64,000 nt of DNA from Acidobacteriota bacterium. GTDB lineage: Bacteria > Acidobacteriota > Thermoanaerobaculia > Gp7-AA8. The stretch is taken from the NCBI GenBank assembly GCA_019244185.1, contig JAFATB010000006.1, positions 352,001-416,000 of the forward strand. Reading direction: 5' to 3'. Position 1 is the stretch's first letter; every line of letters begins with the position of its first letter. The notes beneath the pieces are model-generated. The model was not told the origin of the DNA, made no database searches, and saw only the letters and a program-made list of their open reading frames with translations. A program made the position numbers and the translations under genes. Positions 39,243 through 47,963 of the stretch are shown here, piece after piece.

Positions 39243-39875
39243 TCAGAAGCGCAGCTGCAGGCCGGCGGAGACGATGATCGGGCTGATGTTGAAGCGCCCC
39301 TGCGTCGTGCCGCCGGTAGCGACGACCGCCGTCGCGTTCGATTCGAGCGGCACGTACTTCACGTCGCCGTTGATGCCCCAGCGGCTGCCGAGGCGGATGC
39401 CGAGACCCGCGTTCACGGCAAAGCCCGCGTCGTCTTTGATGTCGATGTCGTTGATGCCGGAGACGCTGTTGTCGGCGGAGTTGTCGAAGAGCACGTAGGC
39501 TGCGCCCGCGCCGATGTACGGATCGATGAAGCCGTTCGGCGCGAAGTGCCACTGCAGCACCGCGGTGAGCGGCGTCATGCGCAGGTTGCCGCCGGCCGAG
39601 GAGACCGCGTGGCGGCGGATGGTCGTGTCGGGCTCGACGCGCGATGCCGCGAACTCGGCCGAGATGTGATCGCCGAAGAAGATGTTCGCGGCGAGGCCGT
39701 AGCCGATCGTGCCGTCGAAGTCGATGTCGGCGGGATCGGCGAGGTCTTTGAACGAACCGCTGTTCGTCGGATCGACCCACACCGCGTTCGCGGTGAGATC
39801 GAAGGCGCGGTGTTGGGCGAAGGCGGCGGGAACGAGAACGAAGAGAGCGAGCAGTACGAGCCCGAGGTGTTTCAT
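39243..39875 (-). CDS. OmpW-family outer-membrane beta-barrel
   Basis: Signal peptide; TPLTAVLQWHF..IDPYIGAGAAY, INGDVKYV; terminal Phe. Confidence 0.85.
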   Translation of the reverse strand: MKHLGLVLLALFVLVPAAFAQHRAFDLTANAVWVDPTNSGSFKDLADPADIDFDGTIGYGLAANIFFGDHISAEFAASRVEPDTTIRRHAVSSAGGNLRMTPLTAVLQWHFAPNGFIDPYIGAGAAYVLFDNSADNSVSGINDIDIKDDAGFAVNAGLGIRLGSRWGINGDVKYVPLESNATAVVATGGTTQGRFNISPIIVSAGLQLRF

Positions 39876-39889
39876 GTCGTGCGTGCGAG

Positions 39890-39905
39890 GCATCACCGAT
39901 GCCAA
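39890..39905 (-). promoter_or_regulatory. sigma54-like promoter
   Basis: TTGGCATCGGTGATGC, GG-N10-GC, 14 nt before ATG 39875; no RBS. Confidence 0.5.
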
Positions 39906-40005
39906 CGAAAGCAGCGTCGGCCGCAAACGCGTGTTGCGTTTGATGCAACGCGTCGAACTGAGCAACGCCCTCGCGTTGCTCGGTTCGACGGTCCGTTCGC
40001 AGGTT

Positions 40006-41688
40006 CTAGCGCCGCGCGCGCGCCGTCACGTCGTAGAACTCTTCGCCCGGAAGCCACATCGGCTTCTCCGCGGCATTCGCGGCCTCGGCGCCCAACCAGT
40101 ACGCTAGTTGACCAATCTGCACCGCGGAGCTGAAGTCCCACGACGGATCGTATTCGTCGCTGGCCTGGTGGTAATGCTTGGTGCGGTATTCGGCGACGTG
40201 CTCGCGGCCCCACGACTCCGGCTTGCCGCGCACGTCGAGTCCCTGCTTCACGGAGAACGCGGGGATGCCGGCCTTGGCGAGGCTGAAGTGATCGGAGCGG
40301 TAGTACGAGCCCTGCTCCGGCGCCTGATCGGGAACGATGGTGAGGCCGAGCGCATCGGTGACTTTCTTCGCGGTCGGGAAGAACGTCGTGTGGTCGATGC
40401 CGATCATCGTCACGCTGCCGACCGGGCCGAAGAGATCGAGCGCGTCGAAGTTGAGACCCATCGCGATCTTGCCGGCGGGAATCGGCGGATGCTGGCCGAG
40501 AAACTGCGAGCCGAGGAGACCTTGTTCTTCGGCGGCGACGGCGGCGAAGTAGAGCGTGCGCTTGTGCGGCACGGGGTTCGTCGACCAGACGCGCGCGATC
40601 TCGAGGAGCGTGGCGACGCCGCTCGCGTTGTCGATCGCGCCGTTGTAGATCGTGTCGTTCGGATCGCTCGGATCGGCGGGGCCGATCCCGAGGTGATCGT
40701 GGTGCGCGCTGTAGACCACGCCTTCGTCCTTGAGCACGGGGTCGCTGCCTTCGAGCTTCGCCACGACGTTCGCGGTGTCGAACGGACGGATCGTGCTGGC
40801 GACGTTCGCGTTGAAGCGGACATTGAGCGGCACCGGCTTGAAGTCGCGCGACGCGGCGGCCTGCGTCAGCTTGTCGAGATCGAGCCCCGCGGTCTGGAAG
40901 AGCTGCTTCGCGATCGCTTCCGTGATCCAGCCGGCGAACTGCAGGCCCGGCTGTCCCGGCTGCAGCTTCACGTACGCCTGCTCGCCGCCCCACGAATTGC
41001 GCACGACCTGCCAGCCGTAGCCGGCCGCCGGATCGGTGTGAATGAGGATCACCGCGGCGGCACCTTTCGCCGCGCCGATCTCGTACTTGTACGTCCAGCG
41101 GCCGTAGTACGTGCGCGCGCGGCCGCGGAAGAGATCCGGCTCCTGCGCGCTCGCCGGCGGATCGTCGACGAGCATCACCAGCGTCTTGCCGCGCGTGTCG
41201 AGTCCCTTGTAGTCGTCCCAGCGATACTCCGGCGCGACCACGCCGTGGCCGACGAAGACGACGTCGGAGTCGATGGAGACGTTCTCCTGCTGCGACTGAT
41301 TGCCGCCGACGAACTGGTCGCGATAGACGAGCGGTCCGAGCACGGCCGCGCCGTTCTTCGTGAACGCCGCGCGCGACTTCGCCGCATCCATGGCGATGTT
41401 CAGCAGCGAGACCTTCTGAAAGTACGTGCCGCCGTCGCCCGCGGGCTGGAGCCCCATCGCCTCGAACTGCGCGGCGATGTAGCTCGTGGCGAGCGCGTCG
41501 CCGCGCGTGCCGGGGCCGCGCCCCTCGAGCAGGTCGCTGGCGAGGAACTTCAGATGCGCGCGCACGGCGTCGCCGCGAAAGGCATGGAATGCCGTGTCGA
41601 TGGAAGGCGGGATCGGCTGTGCGGCGAGGGGGATGGCAAGAAGGAGAAGCGCGGCAATGCGGAGCATGCGAGGCGTTTTCTGAACCAT
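40006..41688 (-). CDS. M28-family aminopeptidase with PA domain, secreted
   Basis: SAHHDHLG, NGAIDNASG, AAEEQGLLGS, NFD, RSDHF, YHQASDE. Start 41688 or 41667. Confidence 0.92.
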   Translation of the reverse strand: MVQKTPRMLRIAALLLLAIPLAAQPIPPSIDTAFHAFRGDAVRAHLKFLASDLLEGRGPGTRGDALATSYIAAQFEAMGLQPAGDGGTYFQKVSLLNIAMDAAKSRAAFTKNGAAVLGPLVYRDQFVGGNQSQQENVSIDSDVVFVGHGVVAPEYRWDDYKGLDTRGKTLVMLVDDPPASAQEPDLFRGRARTYYGRWTYKYEIGAAKGAAAVILIHTDPAAGYGWQVVRNSWGGEQAYVKLQPGQPGLQFAGWITEAIAKQLFQTAGLDLDKLTQAAASRDFKPVPLNVRFNANVASTIRPFDTANVVAKLEGSDPVLKDEGVVYSAHHDHLGIGPADPSDPNDTIYNGAIDNASGVATLLEIARVWSTNPVPHKRTLYFAAVAAEEQGLLGSQFLGQHPPIPAGKIAMGLNFDALDLFGPVGSVTMIGIDHTTFFPTAKKVTDALGLTIVPDQAPEQGSYYRSDHFSLAKAGIPAFSVKQGLDVRGKPESWGREHVAEYRTKHYHQASDEYDPSWDFSSAVQIGQLAYWLGAEAANAAEKPMWLPGEEFYDVTARARR

Positions 41689-41712
41689 GGCCGCGTAGGA
41701 TAACGTCAGCGC

Positions 41713-42321
41713 ATGGGAAACGAAGTTCTCTGCCGCGTCGAGGTTGACGACACGTTTGCAGATGCGAAGGCGCTGCTCGAAACGGATGAGCTGATCTTCC
41801 GCGGCGGCCTCAAGCTGCGCGTGCCTTTCCGCGAGATGCAAAACGTTTCGGCGCGCGACGGCGTGCTGCAGTTGCAGTGGCACGCGCGGTCGATTCGCGT
41901 CCATGCCGGTGCCGAGGCGGAGAAGTGGGCCGAGAAAATTCGGAACCCGAAGAGCGTCGCGGACAAGCTCGGCATCAAGCGCGGCCAGCTCATCTCCATC
42001 AGCGGCACGCTCGACGCGGCGTTCCTCGACGACCTCCGCGCGCGCGGCGCCGACGTCTCGTCGCGCATCCGCGCGAACAGCGACGTCATCTTCGTCGCCG
42101 CGAACACGCGCAAGGACCTCGGCAAGCTCGCGAAACTGCGTCCGTCGCTCGCGCCCGCGGGCGCGCTCTGGGTCATCCGGCCGAAGGGAATCGACGCGAT
42201 CACCGAGTCCGATGTCATGGCTGCCGGACAGGCTGTAGGACTCGTCGACGTGAAGGTCGTCCGCTTTTCCGACACGCTCACTGCGGAGAAGTTTGTCATC
42301 CGTCTGAAGGATCGGGCGTAA
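41713..42321 (+). CDS. DUF3052-like domain protein with N-terminal extra domain
   Basis: KLGIKRG, GALWVIRPKG, GLVDVKVVRFS. Confidence 0.7.
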   Translation: MGNEVLCRVEVDDTFADAKALLETDELIFRGGLKLRVPFREMQNVSARDGVLQLQWHARSIRVHAGAEAEKWAEKIRNPKSVADKLGIKRGQLISISGTLDAAFLDDLRARGADVSSRIRANSDVIFVAANTRKDLGKLAKLRPSLAPAGALWVIRPKGIDAITESDVMAAGQAVGLVDVKVVRFSDTLTAEKFVIRLKDRA

Positions 42322-42392
42322 CCGAAACGTGACCGAAATTCTTTTGCCTGTAGAGGGTAGGGATTTCGGTACATAAGTCACTCCTAGGCAGA

Positions 42393-42620
42393 GTGACGTA
42401 CAAGGCCACCGTGTTCGACGCAATGACCGCTGTTCACCTCCCCATGTCGGAGCGCGTGCTCGACAAGCTCGCGGACATCCTCTTCGCCACCGACGAGATC
42501 CTCGACATGCTGCATGTCGATGAAGACCGCGTCCCCGACGACACCTCCGTCGTCGTCGAGGCGTCGGTCAAGCATGTCTACGATCAGGTCAACGAGCTGA
42601 TGAAGAAGCTCACCGACTGA
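42393..42620 (+). CDS. Small acidic helical hypothetical protein (75 aa)
   Basis: Codon usage typical of the genome; fills the gap before the TetR promoter. Confidence 0.65.
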   Translation: MTYKATVFDAMTAVHLPMSERVLDKLADILFATDEILDMLHVDEDRVPDDTSVVVEASVKHVYDQVNELMKKLTD

Positions 42621-42646
42621 GGGACGTTGATTTTCTCAGCTGCCTC

Positions 42647-42688
42647 TTGACTGGCAGAACTTCGTGACTTAACTTAACAACGTTAAGT
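42647..42688 (+). promoter_or_regulatory. sigma70 promoter and palindromic TetR operator
   Basis: TTGACT-17-TAACTT; palindrome ACTTAAC-AAC-GTTAAGT (42672-42688) overlaps -10/+1; GGAGG RBS follows. Confidence 0.75.
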
Positions 42689-42701
42689 AACGGAGGACTG
42701 T

Positions 42702-43340
42702 TTGGGACCAAGAGAACGCAGGGAACGCGAGCGTGAGGAAATTCGGACGAAAATCCTCGACGCCGCACGCGAGCTCTTCGCCAGCGAAGGCGTCGAGTCC
42801 GTCACGATGCGCCGCATCGCCGATCGCATCGAGTACTCCCCCACCGCCATCTACTTTCACTTCCGCGACAAAGACGCGCTGCTCGCCGAGCTCTGCGATC
42901 ACGACTTCCGTGAGTTCGCGCATCAGTTCACCGCCCTCGCCGCGATCGCCGATCCGCTCGAGCGCCTCCGCGCGGTCGGCCACGCCTACATCGACTTCGG
43001 CTTCCGCAACCGCAGCCATTACCGGCTGATGTTCATGACGCCGCGCGCGAACGCGTCGCGCGACTCGCAGCTCGCGAAAGGCAATCCCGAGGAAGACGCG
43101 TACGCGTTCGTGAAGAGCATCCTCGTCGAGGCCATCGCGGCGAAGCGGCTGCGCGCGGAGCTCACCGACGCGGATCTCCTCACGCAGGTGATCTGGTCGG
43201 GCGTACACGGCGTGATCTCGCTCGAGATCGCGAAAGCATCGGACGAATGGGTCGAGTGGCGTCCGATCGCGGAGCGCGCGAAGCTCGCCATCGACATGAT
43301 GGTGCGCGGCATCACGTGCGGCGTGGCGAAGGAGCAGTGA
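42702..43340 (+). CDS. TetR/AcrR-family regulator
   Basis: ILDAARELF..GVESVTMRRIADRIEYSPTAIYFHFRDK; WSGVHG. Confidence 0.95.
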   Translation: MGPRERREREREEIRTKILDAARELFASEGVESVTMRRIADRIEYSPTAIYFHFRDKDALLAELCDHDFREFAHQFTALAAIADPLERLRAVGHAYIDFGFRNRSHYRLMFMTPRANASRDSQLAKGNPEEDAYAFVKSILVEAIAAKRLRAELTDADLLTQVIWSGVHGVISLEIAKASDEWVEWRPIAERAKLAIDMMVRGITCGVAKEQ

Positions 43341-44470
43341 TGGCCGTCGATCTCGCAACGAAGACGCTGCTGCACGACAAGCTACGTTTCTTCATCACCG
43401 TCTCCGGCGTCGCCTTCGCCGTCACGCTCGTCTTCGTGCAGGTCGGCCTCTTCCTCGGCCTGATGTCGAACGCGTCGCTGACGATCGATCAGATCGACGC
43501 CGATCTCTGGGTGACGTCGCACAACACCGCGAACGTCGACTTCGCGCATACGTTCCCGGAGACGTACGTGAAGCGCGTGCGCTCGACGCCGGGCGTCGCG
43601 CGCGCGGACAACCTCATCGTCTGGTTCATGAACGTGAGCCTGCCGAACGGCGCGGTCGAAGGCACCGAGGCGTACGCGCTCGAGCATTGGGGCGCGTGGA
43701 ACTTTCCTCGGAACGTCGTCGACGGGAACCTCGAGGATCTGCGCCGCGGTCCGTACGTCGTCATCGACGACTCGGCGAAGAAGCGCTGGGGCGCGTTTGC
43801 CGTCGGCGAGTATCGCGAAGTCCTCGGCCGGCGCCTGAAGATCATCGGCCGCACCGTCGACGCGAAGTCGTTCACCACGACGCCGCTCACGTTCATGGAC
43901 TTCCAGCTCGCGCAGAGCCTCAGCGAGAGCACGCTGCGCGGCAATACGACGTACATCCTCGTGAAGCTCGCGCCCGGCGCCGATGTCGAGTCGGTACGCG
44001 CGGAGCTGCAGCGGCGGCTTCCGTACAACGACGTCTTCACGCGCGGCGAATGGGCGTCGCGCTCGCGCGCGTACTGGATCGAGTCGACGGGACTCGGCCT
44101 GAACATGTACATCACCGTCTTCCTCGGCTGTCTCGTCGGGATCGTGGTCGTCGCGCAGACGCTCTACACCTCGACGATGGAGCACATCCGCGAGTTCGGC
44201 ACGGTGAAGGCGATCGGCGGCGGCAACGCGGAGATCTACGCGATTCTCGGCAAACAGGCCACGATTGCCGCGGTGGCCGGCTTCGCGCTCGGCGCGCTGC
44301 AGGCGTTCGCGCTGCGGCCGGTGATGGCGAAGATCGATCTGAAGCTGATCATCCCGACCTCGCTCTACGTCGCGGTGCTCGCGGGCGCGATCGCGCTCTG
44401 TCTCGGCGCCGCGATGATCTCGTTCCGCAAAGTCGCGCGCATCGATCCCGCGCTCGTGTTCAGAACGTGA
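43340..44470 (+). CDS. ABC exporter permease (MacB/FtsX, DevC-like)
   Basis: GVAFAVTLVFVQVGLF, periplasmic domain, REFGTVKAIG, IDPALVFR. Confidence 0.9.
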   Translation: MAVDLATKTLLHDKLRFFITVSGVAFAVTLVFVQVGLFLGLMSNASLTIDQIDADLWVTSHNTANVDFAHTFPETYVKRVRSTPGVARADNLIVWFMNVSLPNGAVEGTEAYALEHWGAWNFPRNVVDGNLEDLRRGPYVVIDDSAKKRWGAFAVGEYREVLGRRLKIIGRTVDAKSFTTTPLTFMDFQLAQSLSESTLRGNTTYILVKLAPGADVESVRAELQRRLPYNDVFTRGEWASRSRAYWIESTGLGLNMYITVFLGCLVGIVVVAQTLYTSTMEHIREFGTVKAIGGGNAEIYAILGKQATIAAVAGFALGALQAFALRPVMAKIDLKLIIPTSLYVAVLAGAIALCLGAAMISFRKVARIDPALVFRT

Positions 44471-44478
44471 GGCCTGCC

Positions 44479-45138
44479 ATGTCCATCCTGCAAACACGCG
44501 GCGTGAAGAAGCACTTCACCGAAGGCCGCGAGACCGTGACCGTGCTCAAAGGCATCGACTTCGACGTCGATCGCGGCGAGATCGTCGCGCTCGAAGGTCC
44601 GTCAGGCTCCGGCAAGACGACGTTCCTCTCGATCCTCGGCTGCATCCTCGCGCCGTCGAGCGGCGAGGTCGTGGTCGACGGCAAGCCCGCGGATGAAAAG
44701 CATCTCGCGCGCATCCGCCGCCAGTCGCTCGGCTTCGTGTTCCAGCAGTTCAATCTCTTCCCCGCGCTCACCGCGGTCGAGAACGTCGAATACGCGCTCA
44801 ACGTGAAAGGCGTCCGCGGCGGCAACGCGCGCACGGAAGCGGAGCGCGTCATCGACGCGGTGGGCCTCGGCGCGCGCAAGCACTTCCTGCCGCGCGATCT
44901 GTCGGGCGGGCAGAAGCAGCGCGTCGCGATCGCGCGCGCGCTCGCCGGCAACGCGCCGATCCTTCTCGCGGACGAACCGACCGCGAACCTCGACTCGCAG
45001 TCCGGCACGCAGATCCTCGAGCTGTTCCGCGCGCTCGCCAAACAGGAAGAGCGCGCGCTCGTCATCGTCACGCACGACCCGAAGGTCCGCGGCATCGCGG
45101 ATCGCGTGGTCCACATTCAAGACGGAGCATTGGTATGA
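44479..45138 (+). CDS. ABC exporter ATP-binding protein (LolD/DevA-like)
   Basis: GPSGSGKTT, LSGGQKQRVAIARA, LADEPTANLD, VTHD. Confidence 0.95.
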   Translation: MSILQTRGVKKHFTEGRETVTVLKGIDFDVDRGEIVALEGPSGSGKTTFLSILGCILAPSSGEVVVDGKPADEKHLARIRRQSLGFVFQQFNLFPALTAVENVEYALNVKGVRGGNARTEAERVIDAVGLGARKHFLPRDLSGGQKQRVAIARALAGNAPILLADEPTANLDSQSGTQILELFRALAKQEERALVIVTHDPKVRGIADRVVHIQDGALV

Positions 45139-46001
45139 ATCGCCTGCTATATCCGATCCTCGGCATCCTCATCGTCATCGCCACCGTCGCGCAGGTCAGC
45201 GCGACCCGTGCGCCGCGCACGCCGAAGCCGCGGTCCGCAGCGCTCGCGAAAGAACCGGCGCGCATCGTCGCCGAAGGACGCGTCGTCGCGTATCCCGGCG
45301 CGGAAGTCGTCGTCGGCAGCGACGTCGCGGGGACGATCGCGACGCTGAACGTCGACGAGAAAGATCACGTGCACGCGGGCGACGTCCTCGCGATCGTGAA
45401 GGCGGACGACACGCGCGCCGCGCTCGCGGAGAGCCGCGCGCGCGTCGTCGAAGCGGACGCGGACATCCGCCTCTTCCAGGCTGACGCCGAACGCGCGCGC
45501 AGCCTCTGGCAGCAGGACGTCGGCGCGAAGCAGGCGGTCGACAAAGCAGAGCGCGACGTCGAGGCCGCGCGTGCGCGGCGCGCGTCGGCGACCGCGGAAG
45601 TGCGGCGGCTCGAAGCGCTCGTCGGCAAGACCGTCATCACCGCGCCGATCGACGGCGTCGTCATCGCGCGGCACGTGCATCCGGGCGAGACCATCGCCGA
45701 AGGCGCGAACATCGTCACGATCGCCGACCTGCGGCGCACGCGCGTGGAAGCGGAAGTCGACGAGTTCGATGCGGCGCGCGTGCGCGGCGGCGCGAACGCG
45801 ACGATTCTCGCGGAGGGCTACGACCGCAACTGGCGCGGCGCCATCGAGGAGATCCCCGACTCGGTCGTCAATCGCCGCATCAAGCCGCAGGATCCGTCGA
45901 AGCCGATCGACACGCGCGTACTGCTCGTGAAGATCGCGTTCGCGGAGCCGACGCCGCTCAAGCTCGGGCAGCGCGTCGAGGTGCGCATCGACGGACAGTA
46001 G
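45135..46001 (+). CDS. Periplasmic adaptor (membrane fusion protein)
   Basis: N-terminal TM, lipoyl-like GTIATLNVDEKD..GD, coiled hairpin, ITAPIDGVV. Confidence 0.9.
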   Translation: MNRLLYPILGILIVIATVAQVSATRAPRTPKPRSAALAKEPARIVAEGRVVAYPGAEVVVGSDVAGTIATLNVDEKDHVHAGDVLAIVKADDTRAALAESRARVVEADADIRLFQADAERARSLWQQDVGAKQAVDKAERDVEAARARRASATAEVRRLEALVGKTVITAPIDGVVIARHVHPGETIAEGANIVTIADLRRTRVEAEVDEFDAARVRGGANATILAEGYDRNWRGAIEEIPDSVVNRRIKPQDPSKPIDTRVLLVKIAFAEPTPLKLGQRVEVRIDGQ

Positions 46002-46035
46002 CGCGCGCGGCGCACGAACGTTATTCTGCGCAACG

Positions 46036-46863
46036 GTGAATCCGCTCGCGCTGGTCGTGGAGAACGACGCGAATACCCGGCGGCTGCTGGAAGTGCTGCT
46101 GACGCGGTTCGGCTTCGACGTCGACCCCGTCGGCAACGGCGCGGACGCGCTTCTGCTGTTGCCGCGGATCGACTACGACGCGACCTTTCTCGACCTCGCG
46201 CTGCCCGGCGCGAGCGGCCACGAGCTGATCGAGCGTCTCGCGGCGCGGCGCCCCGAGGCGCTCGAACGCGTGGCGGTGGTGTCGTCGGCGTCGAAGGCGG
46301 AGCTCGAGCGCGTGCGCAGACAATGGCCGGGCGTGCGCACGATCCGCAAGCCGTTCGAGCTCGGCGAGATCGTGGCGACGGCGCAGGAGATCACCTCCGG
46401 CCGCACGCGCGACGCGGGAACTCCGGACGAGTTGTTCACGCGACGCTCGATCGCCCTCGGCGCGAAGGCGGGCGTGGTCGCGCTGCGCGAGGGCGACGTG
46501 CTGCAGCCGGTGGCGACGTTCGGCGTCTCACAGGAAGATCTGGTCACGTTCGCGGAGATCCGTGTCGACGATCCGTATCCGCTCTCGATCGCCGCGCGCG
46601 ACGTGCGGCCGGTGTGGCTGACGTCGTTCGCGGCGGCGGCCGAGGCGTATCCCGATCTCGCGCCGCTGTGGCAGCGCAACGACAGTCGCGCGTTCGCGGC
46701 GGTGCCGCTCCTCCGCGACGGCCGTCTCGTCGGCGCGGCCGGCTGGGCATTCCGCGAGCCGCATCTGTTCGCTGAGCCGGAGCAGCGCGCGTTCCTCGAA
46801 TTCAGCGAGCTCGTCGCCCGAAACTTCGACCGCGCGCAATCCGCCGGCGCCACTGGCGCGTAG
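46036..46863 (+). CDS. Response-regulator receiver fused to a GAF domain
   Basis: LVVEND, FLDLALPG..G, RKPF; C-terminal AFAAVPLLRDGRLVGAAGWAF. Confidence 0.8.
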   Translation: MNPLALVVENDANTRRLLEVLLTRFGFDVDPVGNGADALLLLPRIDYDATFLDLALPGASGHELIERLAARRPEALERVAVVSSASKAELERVRRQWPGVRTIRKPFELGEIVATAQEITSGRTRDAGTPDELFTRRSIALGAKAGVVALREGDVLQPVATFGVSQEDLVTFAEIRVDDPYPLSIAARDVRPVWLTSFAAAAEAYPDLAPLWQRNDSRAFAAVPLLRDGRLVGAAGWAFREPHLFAEPEQRAFLEFSELVARNFDRAQSAGATGA

Positions 46864-46870
46864 CGAGTGC

Positions 46871-47956
46871 GTGGACGCGCGGATCGCGCAGCTCGAGATC
46901 CTCAATGAAGTGGCGCGGATCGCGACGCTCGATCTCGAGCTGCGCCCGATGCTGCAGCGCATCACCGACGCGCTCGCGCGCAAGTTCGATTGGGAGTTCG
47001 TCGCGCTCATAACCATCGACGAGAAGCGCGAGACGTTCGTCTGCCAGGCGGTGACGACCGCCGTCGCCACCGACATCCACGCCGGCTACATGCGCTCCCT
47101 CGGCAGCGGCATCGTCGGCCAGGTCGCCGCGACGGGAAAGCCGGTGCTCGTCGACGATGTGCGAACGTTCCCGAATTACATCGAGACGATGGAAGGCGCG
47201 CGCTCCGAGCTCTGCGTGCCGGTGCATCATCACGGCCGCCTCGTCGCCGTGCTGAATCTCGAGAGCACGCGGCTCGCGGCGTTTCGCAACAAGCTCTCGC
47301 TGCTCGAAACGGTGGCCGATCAGCTCGCGGGTGCGATCGCGAGCGCGCAGCTCATCGACGCGTTGCGCGCGACGCAGTCGCAGCTCGAACAGAAAACGCG
47401 CGACCTCGAAGCGGCGAACGAGCATCTCGCGACGGCCATCGAGACGCTGCATCGCATTTCCACGCAGGACGGGCTCACCGGCGTCGCGAACCGCCGCCAC
47501 TTCGACGAGACGCTCGCCGTCGAATGGCGCCGCGCCGCGCGCAGCCGCGCCGCGTTGTCGCTCCTCATGATCGACATCGACTACTTCAAGCGCTTCAACG
47601 ACGCGTCGGGACATCAGGCCGGCGACGACTGCCTGCGGCGGGTCGCGCGCTGCGTCCAGGACGCGGTGCATCGCGCCGCCGATCTCGTCGCGCGTTACGG
47701 CGGCGAAGAGTTCGCGGTGCTGCTGCCCGATACCGACGCGGAGCGCGCCATTCACGTCGCGGAGACGATCCGCTCGCGCGTCGAGTCGCTGAACCTCGAG
47801 CATCCCGACGCGCCGTGCGGCCACGTCACGATCAGCATCGGACTCGCGACCGCGGTTCCTCCGCGCGACGGCGCGAACATGGGCGACTTCATCCGCTGCG
47901 CCGACAGCGCGCTCTACGACGCGAAACGCACCGGCCGAAACAAAGTCGCGTCGTGA
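46871..47956 (+). CDS. GAF-sensor diguanylate cyclase
   Basis: GAF domain (SELCVPV); DGLTGVANRR, DIDYFKRFND, RAAD I-site, RYGGEEF. Confidence 0.94.
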   Translation: MDARIAQLEILNEVARIATLDLELRPMLQRITDALARKFDWEFVALITIDEKRETFVCQAVTTAVATDIHAGYMRSLGSGIVGQVAATGKPVLVDDVRTFPNYIETMEGARSELCVPVHHHGRLVAVLNLESTRLAAFRNKLSLLETVADQLAGAIASAQLIDALRATQSQLEQKTRDLEAANEHLATAIETLHRISTQDGLTGVANRRHFDETLAVEWRRAARSRAALSLLMIDIDYFKRFNDASGHQAGDDCLRRVARCVQDAVHRAADLVARYGGEEFAVLLPDTDAERAIHVAETIRSRVESLNLEHPDAPCGHVTISIGLATAVPPRDGANMGDFIRCADSALYDAKRTGRNKVAS

Positions 47957-47963
47957 GTGCGCG

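Noticed and set aside
41689-42423. 805-aa version of the M28 peptidase
   Set aside because: The extension is antisense to the DUF3052-like gene; the signal peptide begins near 41688-41667.
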